A program made the position numbers and the translations under genes. A stretch of 64,000 nt of DNA, from contig CAWFMO010000002.1 in NCBI GenBank assembly GCA_963817065.1, positions 559,745 through 623,744 of the forward strand. The letters are read 5' to 3'. Of the stretch, positions 25,358 to 34,313 are shown one piece after another. The notes below the pieces were generated by a model, which saw only the letters and a list, made by a program, of their open reading frames with translations, ran no database searches and was not told where the DNA came from. Each line of letters begins with the position of its first letter. The first letter of the stretch is position 1. This DNA comes from an uncultured Solirubrobacterales bacterium (GTDB taxonomy: Bacteria; Actinomycetota; Thermoleophilia; Solirubrobacterales; 70-9).

Positions 25358-25912
25358 CTAGGGCGACTCGGCCGCCGCCGGCTGCTCGTCGAGCATCCGT
25401 CTCAACCCGAAGAAGTAGTCGACTCCCGAGATCGCGGTGACGGCGACCGCGACGTAGACGAGGATGTCGACCCCGAGCGACGCCGGGTGCGACGCGATCA
25501 GCGCGAAGATCGCAGCGATCTGGAGCACGGTCTTGAGCTTGCCGAGCCAGCTCGCCTGGATCACGATCCCGCGCTCCGCCGCGACCCCGCGCAGCCCGGT
25601 GACCGCGAACTCGCGCGCGATGATCACCATCGCGACCCAGGCCTCGACCCGGTCGAGCGAGACCAGCGAGACGAGCGCCGCGGTGACCAGCAGCTTGTCC
25701 GCGATCGGGTCCATCAGCTTGCCGAAGGTCGTGATCGCGCCGCGCGAGCGCGCGATCCAGCCGTCGAGCCCGTCGGTGAGCGCGGCGAGCGCGAAGACGA
25801 CCGCTGCCAGCGTGTCCCCGTTCGCGGTCTCGTCGAGCAGCGCGACGACCACCACCGGCACCGCGAGGATGCGGAGCATCGTCAGCGCGTTGGGGAGGTT
25901 GAGGGGGAACAA
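25358..25912 (-). CDS. pgsA: CDP-diacylglycerol--glycerol-3-phosphate 3-phosphatidyltransferase
   Basis: CDP-alcohol phosphatidyltransferase motif in TDGLDGWIARSRGAITTFGKLMDPIADKL. Multi-TM, 184 aa. Confidence 0.9.
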   Translation of the reverse strand: MFPLNLPNALTMLRILAVPVVVVALLDETANGDTLAAVVFALAALTDGLDGWIARSRGAITTFGKLMDPIADKLLVTAALVSLVSLDRVEAWVAMVIIAREFAVTGLRGVAAERGIVIQASWLGKLKTVLQIAAIFALIASHPASLGVDILVYVAVAVTAISGVDYFFGLRRMLDEQPAAAESP

Positions 25913-25942
25913 GCGTGCTTAGGTTACGGCGGCGGTCGGGGA

Positions 25943-26629
25943 CTAGATGCCAGCGAGCTCCCGGGCGCGGGTAAGCACCGAGTCGAGCATCTCCTCGGTC
26001 AGCTTGCCGGTGAACGTGTTCTGCTGGCTCGGGTGGAAGCTGCCGAGCACGACGTAGGGGCCGACCTCCGCCTCGGCCCCGTGGCCGAAGCGGGGCTTCG
26101 GCTTCGGGACCTCGTGTCCGAGCGCGCGGCAGCCACGCAGCGAGGCGTCCCAGCCGAATGAGCCCAGCGCCAGCAGCACCCTCGCCTCGCCGAGCAGCTC
26201 GAGCTCGCGCTCGAGGTAGGGCTGGCAGTTGTCGCGCTCGTCGATCGTCGGCTTGTTGGCCGGCGGCGCGCACTTGACCGCCGCGGTGACCCACGTCTGC
26301 TCGAGCCGGAGACCGTCGTCGCGGCTGATCGACTCGGGCTGGTTCGCGATCCCGGCGCGGTGGAGCGCCGCGAACAGCCAGTCGCCCGAGCGGTCGCCGG
26401 TGAAGACGCGCCCGGTGCGGTTGCCGCCGTGGGCGGCCGGCGCGAGCCCGACGAGCACGATCCTCGCGCCGGGGTCGCCGTAGCCGGGTATCGGTCGCGC
26501 CCAGTAATCCTCGCCGCGGTAGCGCTTCGGCGGGTCGGCGGCGGTGGCCTCGCGCCACTCGACCAGCCGCGGACAGCGGCGGCATTCCTCGACCTCGGTG
26601 GCGAGGCTCTCGAGCGAATCGGCGTTCAC
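25943..26629 (-). CDS. Uracil-DNA glycosylase, Fe-S family 4/5 type
   Basis: Motifs CRRCPRL, VLVGLAPAAHGGNRTGRVFTGDRSG and GSFHPSQQN. Confidence 0.88.
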   Translation of the reverse strand: MNADSLESLATEVEECRRCPRLVEWREATAADPPKRYRGEDYWARPIPGYGDPGARIVLVGLAPAAHGGNRTGRVFTGDRSGDWLFAALHRAGIANQPESISRDDGLRLEQTWVTAAVKCAPPANKPTIDERDNCQPYLERELELLGEARVLLALGSFGWDASLRGCRALGHEVPKPKPRFGHGAEAEVGPYVVLGSFHPSQQNTFTGKLTEEMLDSVLTRARELAGI

Positions 26630-26639
26630 GGCGACGAAG

Positions 26640-26933
26640 CTAGCCGGTCGCGCGCACCGCGAGCCTGATCCCGTAGGAGATCACGCGGCGGGCGGCGATC
26701 ACCGCTGCGACGAGACCGAGCATCTCGAAGCTCTGGGCGCTCGCCAGCCGCAGCAGTCCGGCGGCGAGTAGGAACTCGAGCCCGAGCGAGATGAACTCGG
26801 CGTAGGAGGAGCCGATGTGGCGGCCGCGGGTCAGCGAGACCAGTGCGCCCACGACCAGCAGGACGCCGGCGATCGCGAACGGGACCGCGGCGGCGCCGTG
26901 GGTCAGCTCGGCCGGGAGATGTGGATCGGTCAC
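26640..26933 (-). CDS. Small membrane protein, DUF1622-like
   Basis: 97 aa with two or three TM segments and an ISLGLEFLLAAGLLRL motif. 4-nt overlap with the upstream paralog. Confidence 0.6.
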   Translation of the reverse strand: MTDPHLPAELTHGAAAVPFAIAGVLLVVGALVSLTRGRHIGSSYAEFISLGLEFLLAAGLLRLASAQSFEMLGLVAAVIAARRVISYGIRLAVRATG

Positions 26934-27335
26934 TTCTTGTCGGAGCGCGGCTCAGGCATGTCGGTCGGCGAGGCGAGCATGCCCTGCTTCTCGAGCGCCG
27001 CGGCGCGCTCGATCTCCTGGGCGAGGAAGTAGTTCAGCGCTGTCCGGATCGCCGCGATCGCGCCGAGCTGGCCGATGTCCTCCCAGGTCGGCGAGACCGC
27101 GCTCGAGAGGATGTCCGAAGCGAGCTGGAACTCGATCCCGAGCGCCAGGAAGCGGCCGAGCAGCAGCCGCACGTGCTCGTAGGCGACCGGACGGATCCGC
27201 AGCTCCGAGAGTACGAAGACGGCCGCGGTGACGAGCACGCCGACGGCGATGATCGAGGCCCCGATCGCCTCGACGACCGGGATGAACTCCTCGACCGCAT
27301 CGCGGACTGTCTCCTCCAGCGAGATGGGCAGACAA
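26930..27335 (-). CDS. DUF1622 membrane protein (start approximate)
   Basis: ...VVEAIGASIIAVGVLVTAAVF...LGRFLALGIEFQLASDILSSAV...AIRTALNYFLAQEIE. The N-terminal half of the 245-aa track ORF is antisense to the thioesterase gene, so the start was moved to about CTG 27335. Confidence 0.6.
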
Positions 27336-27350
27336 TAGGATCGGCCTCCG

Positions 27351-27857
27351 ATGGATCCCCGCCCCGCCTCCGCCTCGAGCGCGACCCTGGTCAGGTGGAT
27401 GTCGATCCTCGACGCCAACAGCGCCGGGTTCGTCCACGGCGGCGTGGTGATGAAGATGTGCGACGAGGCGGCCGGGCTCGCGGCGCTGCGCCATTGCGGG
27501 ACCCGGATCGTGACCGCCGGCATGGACCGGATGGCGTTCACGAAGCCGGTCAACGTCGCCGACCTTCTGACCTGCGCCGCCTCGGTGAACGCCGTTTGGC
27601 GGACCTCGATGGAGGTCGGGGTCCGGGTCGAGGCCGAGAACCCGGTCACGCGCGAGGTGCGCCACACGTCGACCGCCTACCTGACGATGGTTGCGGTCGA
27701 CCAGACCGGACAGCCGATCCCGGTCCCGCCACTCGAGGTCGAGGGCGAGACCGGCGAGCGGCGGCAGCGCGAGGCCGAGCTGAGGCGGCGAAACCGGCTC
27801 GCCGAGCGCGACGAGATCCTCTCCGAGCGCGAGGATCCCGGCAACTCCGGGGGCTGA
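27351..27857 (+). CDS. Acyl-CoA thioesterase (hotdog fold)
   Basis: DANSAGFVHGGVVMKMCDEAAGLAA...MEVGVRVEAEN, typical of YciA/BFIT-type thioesterases. Confidence 0.85.
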   Translation: MDPRPASASSATLVRWMSILDANSAGFVHGGVVMKMCDEAAGLAALRHCGTRIVTAGMDRMAFTKPVNVADLLTCAASVNAVWRTSMEVGVRVEAENPVTREVRHTSTAYLTMVAVDQTGQPIPVPPLEVEGETGERRQREAELRRRNRLAERDEILSEREDPGNSGG

Positions 27858-27881
27858 CCCCCTCCCTATCCTTCCCGGCTC

Positions 27882-30239
27882 GTGCTGGTCGCCACCTACG
27901 CCTCCGCGGCGCTGATCTGTGTCGCATCGCTGCTCGTCGGCCGGGCGATCCTCGTCGCGCTCGGACGCCGCGACGGCGCGTTCCTCGAGCCCGCGGTCGG
28001 GCTCGCGGCTCTGCTGATCGCCGGATCGCTCGCTCCCCGGGTGCCGGGGAAGGCGACGACGGTCCTTGTCGTCCTCGTCGTCATGGTCGTCGCCTCGATC
28101 GCGTTCCTGCGCGGACGGGCTATGCCGACCCGCGAGTCGCTGCGGGTCGCGCTCCCGGTCGCGCTGCTGACCCTGCTCGTCGCTTCGATCCCGTTCATCG
28201 CCAGCGGCAACCTCAGCGTGATCGGGATCGGCGTCAACAACGACCTCGCGGGGCACCTGCACTACACGGCCTGGCTCGAGGACCCGATCGGGGTCACGCC
28301 GACCGAGATCCGCAACGGCTACCCGATGGGCCCGCACGGCCTCGTCGCCGCGACCGCCAAGGGGATCGGCGCCGAGCCGCTCTCTCCGATGCTCGGCCTG
28401 CTGCTCGCGGTCCCGGTCCTGACCGCGGTCTCGGCGCTCGCGATGCTCCGCGGGCTCTCGCCGCTGCCTCGGGCGATCGCGGCCTCGATCACCGCGGTCC
28501 CCTACCTCGCGGCGTCGACGCTCGCGATCGGCGGCTTCAAGGAAACGATCATGGCGCTGCTGCTGATCGGCTTCGCGCTCGCGCTGCGCGAGCTCTCGCT
28601 CGGCGAGGGCGAGCGCCGCGGGCTGCTGCTCGCGCTCGTCGTGCTCGCCGCCGGGATGCTCGGCGTCTACAGCTATCCCGGCGTGCTCTACGCAGGGCTG
28701 ATCGCGGCGCTCTGGGGCGGCGCCGAGCTGATCGCGGCGTTCAGGCGCGGCGAGGGCGACCAGGTGACCGGCGCGATCCGCAGCGCCGGCCCGCTGCTGG
28801 TCGTGCCGGCGGTGCTGATCACGATCATCGCGGTGATTCAGCTGCCGCAGGCGATCGACTTCGTCCAGTCGGGCGCCGTCGGCTACGTCCAGGACGTCAA
28901 CAGCCGGCTCAAGGAGGCGGTCTCGCCCTTCGAGGCGATGGGGGCCTGGCCCGCCGGCGACTTCCTCGAGGGCACCGCGGGCCTCGACGCCTACCTCGTC
29001 TTCGGCGTGCTCGGCGCGCTGGCGCTGCTGGTCGGCATCGCGTTCGCGATCCGCAAGAACGAAAAGGCGCTCCTTGCCGGCCTGGTCGGCGCGATTTTGA
29101 TCTACGTCGGGACCTTGATCGACGGCGGCTTCTACGTACAGGCGAAAGCATTGGCGATTGCCTCTCCGCTGGGAATGCTGATCGCCCTCCGCGGCCTGCT
29201 CGCCGCGAGCGACCCCCGAGCAAGTAATGCGCGCCAATCGGCGCCACCGAGGACCCCAATCACAATCGCCCGAACCCTCGTCGCAGTGGCCTTCATCGGC
29301 GTCGCCGGCTACTCGACGTTCCTGGCGTTGAGGGACGCCCGCGTCGCGCCGCCGGAGTTCGCCTCCGAGCAGCTCGGCGAGTTCCGCGACGAGGTCCGCG
29401 GCAAGCGCGTGCTTGCGCTGACCAGCGACCGCTACACCGACTACTGGCTGCGCGGCGCCGAGCTCGAGGGGCCGGCCAGGTTCTCCGAGGAGCAGGTCCT
29501 GGCGCGCAACGGCAAGCTCGAGCGGTTGCCGGTCGACTTCGACTCGGTGGCGCCGAACGCGCTCGACCGCTTCGACTACGCGGTGACGACGAGCGCCGCC
29601 TACAAGAGCGCCCCGCCCTCGAGCTACCGGCTCGTCGACGAGACCGAGTCGTTCCAGCTCTGGAAGCGCAAGGGCAAGAGCGCGCTGGTCGGGGTGCTCC
29701 CCGAGGAGGAGCGCCCGGGCAGCCGCTTCAACTGCAAGGTCACCAAGCTCCTCGACCTGGTCGACGTGGCGATCGGAAAGGGCTACGACACCGCCCGCGT
29801 GCAGCCGAAATCGGTCATCGGCAAGCGGCTTCGCTGGGATCCCGCGTCGAAGCTCTCCGACGGCGACGAGATCACCCAGACGATCGAGTTGCCGAAGGGC
29901 CGCTGGGAGCTTTCGCTCCAGTACTACAGCCCGGTGCTCGGACTCGACGTGACGGCCGGGCCGCTCGAGACCTCGCTGCCGCCGACGGCCGACGGCGGCG
30001 TGCGCTTTCGCACCGCCCAGGGCCCGTTCTGGCCGCTCGGCGAAGTCGACCATCCCGGCGGCCTGCTCGACGTCACGCTCAGCGCCCACGGGCTGTCGGG
30101 CCTGCAGGAGCTGCTCGGCGTCGATCAGGTAGCCGACATCGGTAACGTCACCGCCGCCCAGCCCGACGCCGCGCGTGAGATTCCGCTCACCGAGGCCTGC
30201 GGCGAATACGTAGACCACTACACGGTGGGACCCGGATGA
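27882..30239 (+). CDS. Large polytopic membrane protein with ~300-aa extracytoplasmic C-domain; probable GT-C-type glycosyltransferase
   Basis: 785 aa with at least 12 predicted TM helices in the first ~480 aa. ATGA overlap with the downstream GT2 gene. Family assignment is inferred from architecture and context only. Confidence 0.7.
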   Translation: MLVATYASAALICVASLLVGRAILVALGRRDGAFLEPAVGLAALLIAGSLAPRVPGKATTVLVVLVVMVVASIAFLRGRAMPTRESLRVALPVALLTLLVASIPFIASGNLSVIGIGVNNDLAGHLHYTAWLEDPIGVTPTEIRNGYPMGPHGLVAATAKGIGAEPLSPMLGLLLAVPVLTAVSALAMLRGLSPLPRAIAASITAVPYLAASTLAIGGFKETIMALLLIGFALALRELSLGEGERRGLLLALVVLAAGMLGVYSYPGVLYAGLIAALWGGAELIAAFRRGEGDQVTGAIRSAGPLLVVPAVLITIIAVIQLPQAIDFVQSGAVGYVQDVNSRLKEAVSPFEAMGAWPAGDFLEGTAGLDAYLVFGVLGALALLVGIAFAIRKNEKALLAGLVGAILIYVGTLIDGGFYVQAKALAIASPLGMLIALRGLLAASDPRASNARQSAPPRTPITIARTLVAVAFIGVAGYSTFLALRDARVAPPEFASEQLGEFRDEVRGKRVLALTSDRYTDYWLRGAELEGPARFSEEQVLARNGKLERLPVDFDSVAPNALDRFDYAVTTSAAYKSAPPSSYRLVDETESFQLWKRKGKSALVGVLPEEERPGSRFNCKVTKLLDLVDVAIGKGYDTARVQPKSVIGKRLRWDPASKLSDGDEITQTIELPKGRWELSLQYYSPVLGLDVTAGPLETSLPPTADGGVRFRTAQGPFWPLGEVDHPGGLLDVTLSAHGLSGLQELLGVDQVADIGNVTAAQPDAAREIPLTEACGEYVDHYTVGPG

Positions 30240-30991
30240 AAGACCTGCGCAAGCTCGCCATCGTTCCCGCCCTCAACGAGGCCGACTCGATCGCCACGGT
30301 GATCGGCGAGCTCAAGGCGAAGGCCCCGGGCTTCGACGTCCTCGTGATCGACGACGGCTCCAACGACGGCACGGGCAGGGTCGCCGAGGAAGCCGGCGCG
30401 CGCGTCATCCGCCATCCGTTCCGGGTCGGGATCGGCGGCGCCGTGCAGAGCGGCTTCCGCGTCGCGATGCGCGAGGGCTACGACGTCGCGGTCCAGGTCG
30501 ACGGCGACGGCCAGCACGACCCCGCCTACCTCCAGGCGATGCTCGAGCGGTTGCACACCGAGGGCGACGCGGACATGGTCTGCGGCACGCGCTTCGTCGG
30601 CGAGGCCGGCTACGACGTCCCGCTCGCGCGGCGGGCCGGGATGCGCGTCTTCCGATTCCTGCTCTCGCGGATCGTCGGCCAGCGGGTAACCGACCCGACC
30701 TCCGGCTTCCGGATGGCGAACCGGCGCGGGATCGAGCTCTTCGCCCGCGACTACCCCCACGACTACCCTGAGGTCGAGGCGATCCTGATGCTCCACGCCA
30801 ACAAGCTGCAGCTCCACGAGGTCCCGGTCGAGATGCGCCAGCGCGAGACCGGCCGCTCCTCGATCACCCCGCTGAGCAGCGGCTACTACATGGCCCGCGT
30901 GCTGCTCGCGATCTTCATCGGGCTCTTCCGCCGCCGCCCGGTCCCGGCGCCCGGCGAGCGGCTGCTTCCCGGCCTGCCCTCGGGGATCTGA
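30236..30991 (+). CDS. Family 2 glycosyltransferase (polyprenyl-phosphate sugar synthase-like)
   Basis: IVPALNEADSI, VIDDGSNDGT and VQVDGDGQHDP (DxD) motifs, plus a C-terminal TM segment. Confidence 0.9.
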   Translation: MKDLRKLAIVPALNEADSIATVIGELKAKAPGFDVLVIDDGSNDGTGRVAEEAGARVIRHPFRVGIGGAVQSGFRVAMREGYDVAVQVDGDGQHDPAYLQAMLERLHTEGDADMVCGTRFVGEAGYDVPLARRAGMRVFRFLLSRIVGQRVTDPTSGFRMANRRGIELFARDYPHDYPEVEAILMLHANKLQLHEVPVEMRQRETGRSSITPLSSGYYMARVLLAIFIGLFRRRPVPAPGERLLPGLPSGI

Positions 30992-30992
30992 G

Positions 30993-31418
30993 TTGAGCAC
31001 CAAGCTCCAGGTCGTCGCGATCATCGCCAGCAGCGGCGTGCTGCTGCTCGTGCTCGAGCTTGTCCGCCAGCGGCGGCTCGGCGAGCGCTACGCGCTGCTC
31101 TGGCTCGCCGCCGGCGTGGTCATGCTGCTGCTCTCGGCCTGGGCGAACCTGCTCGACGAGGTCGCCGACCTGCTCGGGATCGCGACACCGACCAACGCGC
31201 TGTTCGGGATCGCCTTCGGCTTCGTGCTCCTGCTGCTGCTCCACTTCTCGATGACGATCTCGCGCCTGGCCGAGGAGAACAAGATGCTCGCCCAGGAGGC
31301 CGCGCGGCTCGATCAGGAACTGCGCTCGCGCTCCGGGGCCCCGACCGGCTCCGGCAACGCGGGGGCCGACCCGCCGCGCGAGCCGGCGCCGAGCAGCGCC
31401 AGCACCGCCGACCAGTAG
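30993..31418 (+). CDS. DUF2304 small membrane protein (usual partner of this GT2 type)
   Basis: VVAIIASSGVLLLVLELVRQRRLGERYALLWL...FGFVLLLLLHFS, followed by a coiled C-terminus. Confidence 0.8.
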   Translation: MSTKLQVVAIIASSGVLLLVLELVRQRRLGERYALLWLAAGVVMLLLSAWANLLDEVADLLGIATPTNALFGIAFGFVLLLLLHFSMTISRLAEENKMLAQEAARLDQELRSRSGAPTGSGNAGADPPREPAPSSASTADQ

Positions 31419-32417
31419 GTCCGCAGCCCCCAGCGCAGCGGGCGGATCCGCGCCGCCCGGCCGAGGTACTCCGAGTCGAGCTCGGCGCTCAGCGCCGCGG
31501 CGAACTCTCCGGCGCGGAACCGTGCGCTGGGCGCGGATTGCACGCCGCTCGCCCAGCAGCCGCGGCAGCAAGCGGATCAGGTCAAGGTTGGCGCGCAGCT
31601 TCGCGGGAAACCAGCCGCCCGCGATCGAGACAGCGACGAGCGCCAGCTCGGTCAGCAGCAGCGCCGGGAAGATCAGCGCCAGCAGCGCGGCCGGATAGGT
31701 GCGGATCAGCATCGCCCAGCGGTTGCGCTCGAGGTGGCGCCACTTCGCCGACCCGGGCTTCGAGAACTCGTAGCGGTGCTCGACCGCGGCCGCGGGCTCG
31801 ATCCCGAGCTCGCCGCCGGCGAGTCGCAGCCGCAGCGAGAGGTCGGTGTCCTCGAGGTAGGTGAAGAACTGCTCCGCGAAGCCCCCGAGCCGGTCCCACT
31901 CCGCGCGCGGGACCGCGAGGCATGCGCCCGAGAGCGAGGGAACCGGGCGCGGCGTTCGCGGCGCCTCGGAGGCCGGGAGGCCGTCGCCGCCCGCCCAGGT
32001 GAAGCCCGCGAAGTGGACGACGTTGCCGGCGCTGTTGACGCGCGCGCCGCCGTCGCGGGTGATCAGCCCCATCCACGCCGCCCAGCGGCGCTCGGCGAGC
32101 GGGGCGACGATCGCGTCGCGGAACCCGGGCCGGACCTCGGTGTCGGGGTTGAGCAGCAGCAGGACGTCGCCGCCCGCGGCCGCGGCGCCGCGGTTGCAGC
32201 CGGCCGCGAACCCTTCGTTGGCCTCGTTCCCGATCAGCTTCGCCGCCGGCGCGAGCTCGGCGACCGCGTCCGCGGTGCCGTCGGACGAGGCGTTGTCGAC
32301 GACGATCAGCTCGTCCGCGGGGGTCAGCTGCTCGAGCAGCGGCGGCAGCGAGCGCGCGACGTCGTCGCGGCTCTCGTAGGTCACGATCACGACCGAAAGG
32401 GAAGGGGTCGGCGCCAC
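31313..32417 (-). CDS. Family 2 glycosyltransferase (rhamnosyltransferase-like) with apparent 1-nt frame disruption near 31515
   Basis: - GT2 motifs: SVVIVTYESRDDV, VVDNASSDGT, LLLNPDTEV, EDTDLSLRL.
- Third-position GC indicates that coding moves from the 30915..32417 frame to the 31313..31543 frame at about 31510-31520.
- The rest of the 500-aa track ORF is antisense to DUF2304. Confidence 0.72.
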
Positions 32418-32434
32418 GCGGCTAGGCTAGAGCC

Positions 32435-33055
32435 ATGGCCGGGCTCGAGCCGCTCAGCGACAAGTTCGTGGCAACGCGCGTCGCAATGCACGAGCTCGCC
32501 GAGAAACGCCTCGCGCCGGCCCGGAAGCCGGACTCCGAGATCTCGCTGCGACAGACGCCGGGAGGCTTCGGCACGCCGTGGTTCTGGGACGACGGCGCGT
32601 TCACCCAGCTCCGGGTCGAGAGCACGGAGCTCGTGACCGAGCGCGACGGCGAGCGCAGCCGCGAGCCGCTCGAGCTCGACCCCGTGGCCGCGGTCCAGCT
32701 CGGCGACTGGTTCGCGTTCGGCAGCCTCGTCCTCCAGCGCGTCCACCACGAGTGCGGCGAGGAGCTCGACCCCTCGGCGATCGTGCTCTGGCCCGAGCAC
32801 TTCGACGTCGCCTTCGAGGCGGGCTCGGAATCAGAGAAGCGGCGCGCCACCTACGGCGCCTCGCCCGGCGACGACGAGCACCCCGAGCCCTACGTCTACA
32901 TCGGCCCCTGGGAGGACGTCAGCGGCGAGCTCTGGAACTCGAGTGCATTCAACGGCGCCGAGCTCGGCTACGCGGAGCTGCTCGCCGCGCCGAACCCGGG
33001 CGTCGCCGCGCTCGCCTTCCTCCGCGAGCGGTTCCGCGAGCTGACCGCGCCCTAA
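32435..33055 (+). CDS. Conserved-looking hypothetical protein
   Basis: 206-aa ORF with good codon bias. No motif that I recognise. Confidence 0.65.
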   Translation: MAGLEPLSDKFVATRVAMHELAEKRLAPARKPDSEISLRQTPGGFGTPWFWDDGAFTQLRVESTELVTERDGERSREPLELDPVAAVQLGDWFAFGSLVLQRVHHECGEELDPSAIVLWPEHFDVAFEAGSESEKRRATYGASPGDDEHPEPYVYIGPWEDVSGELWNSSAFNGAELGYAELLAAPNPGVAALAFLRERFRELTAP

Positions 33056-33068
33056 ACTTTCCGATCTC

Positions 33069-33141
33069 GCCCAGGTAGCTCAGTTGGTAGAGCACATCTC
33101 TCGTAAAGATGAGGTCGCCGGTTCGAGCCCGGCCCTGGGCT
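33069..33141 (+). tRNA. tRNA-Thr (anticodon CGU)
   Basis: GCCCAGG TA GCTC AGTTGGTA GAGC A CATCT CTCGTAA AGATG AGGTC GCCGG TTCGAGC CCGGC CCTGGGC T. Confidence 0.95.
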
Positions 33142-33152
33142 TCACACGCAGC

Positions 33153-33608
33153 CTAGGCGGCGATGTCCTCGCGGGCGGGGCCTGCGACGACTTCCCACCA
33201 GCGCGGGGCCGTGCGCGCGATCCGGTCGGGGTCGGCGCCGCGGCGGATCGCCATCCCGAAGCTGTGGGCGATGCCGGCGCTGGCGCGGCGCATGACGCTC
33301 GCGCCGGGGTCGCCGAGGCGGAAGCGCTCGAACTGGGCCAGGGCGTAGTCCCAGGCCTCGACCTCCTCCTGCCAGCGCGGCTTCGAGCGGCCGTGGTGGA
33401 GGGCCTTGTGGCCGACCTCGTGGGCGAGCACCGAGAAGCTGACCCGGCCGCGCGGCTCGGGGCCCTCGATCTCGGGGGTGTGGTGGTAGGCGCAGCCGGT
33501 GGTCGAGCTGCGCCACTTGCGGACCGTCAGCCCGTGCTCGTCGAGCAGCGAAGCGGTCGCCGAGCGCCACGGCTCGCGGCCCGGGATCCGGTGTTGGCGG
33601 AACCTCAC
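33153..33608 (-). CDS. Small HExxH protein (putative zinc metallopeptidase-like)
   Basis: 151 aa containing VLAHEVGHKALHH. 4-nt overlap with the response regulator gene upstream. Confidence 0.55.
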   Translation of the reverse strand: MRFRQHRIPGREPWRSATASLLDEHGLTVRKWRSSTTGCAYHHTPEIEGPEPRGRVSFSVLAHEVGHKALHHGRSKPRWQEEVEAWDYALAQFERFRLGDPGASVMRRASAGIAHSFGMAIRRGADPDRIARTAPRWWEVVAGPAREDIAA

Positions 33609-34306
33609 TCGGCGAACTTGTAGCCGACGCGCCGGACCGTGACCACAAGCTCCGGCTTCTGCGCGTCGCGCTCGACCTTCTGGCGCAGGTTCGAGATGTG
33701 CACGTCGCAGGCGCGCACGTCGCCGCGGAACTCCGTCTGCCAGAGCTCCTCCATGATCTGCTTGCGGCTGAAGACCTCGCCCGGGCTCTCGGCGAGCAGC
33801 CGCAGGACCTGGAACTCCGAGCGGGTCAGGTTGACCGGCTCGCCGCGGACCGTGACCAGGTGGCGGGCGAGATCGATCGTCACGTCGCCGGCCTCGATCG
33901 TCGCGCCCTCGGCGGGCGCCGCGCGGTCGAGGTCGCGGCGGCGGAGCTGGGCGCGCACCCGGCCGAGCAGCTCGCGGACCGAGAACGGCTTGGTCACGTA
34001 GTCGTCGGCGCCGACCTCGAGCCCGACGACCTTGTCGACCTCGGCGTCCTTCGCGGTCAGGAGGATGATCGGCACCGGGCTGCGGCTGCGCATGTCGCGG
34101 CAGAGGTCGAGGCCGCTGCGCCCGGGCATCATGATGTCGAGGATCAGGAGGTCGTATTCGCCGTCGCCCGTGAGCTTGCCCTCGGCGTCGTCGCCGTCGA
34201 CCGCGAGCGTGACCTGGAAGCCCTCCTGGCCGAGCGCGTAGCCGACCGACTCGCGGACCGAGGGCTCGTCGTCGGCGACCAGTATGCGTCCGGGATTTGG
34301 GTTCAT
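33605..34306 (-). CDS. OmpR/PhoB-family response regulator
   Basis: Receiver domain ILVADDEPSVRESV...DLLILDIMMPGRSGLDL. Winged-helix domain LTRSEFQVLRLL...VTVRRVGYKF. Confidence 0.95.
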   Translation of the reverse strand: MNPNPGRILVADDEPSVRESVGYALGQEGFQVTLAVDGDDAEGKLTGDGEYDLLILDIMMPGRSGLDLCRDMRSRSPVPIILLTAKDAEVDKVVGLEVGADDYVTKPFSVRELLGRVRAQLRRRDLDRAAPAEGATIEAGDVTIDLARHLVTVRGEPVNLTRSEFQVLRLLAESPGEVFSRKQIMEELWQTEFRGDVRACDVHISNLRQKVERDAQKPELVVTVRRVGYKFAE

Positions 34307-34313
34307 GAGGGAT

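Noticed and set aside
26843-30218. ORFs 26843..29227 (+, 794 aa) and 26952..30218 (-, 1088 aa)
   Set aside because: Out of frame or antisense to the DUF1622, thioesterase and 785-aa membrane protein genes. Extreme Arg/Asp/Gly content.
30915-31312. The last ~170 codons of the 500-aa ORF 30915..32417
   Set aside because: Poor third-position GC, and antisense to the well-supported DUF2304 gene. The GT2 coding signal moves to another frame near 31515 and stops at 31313.
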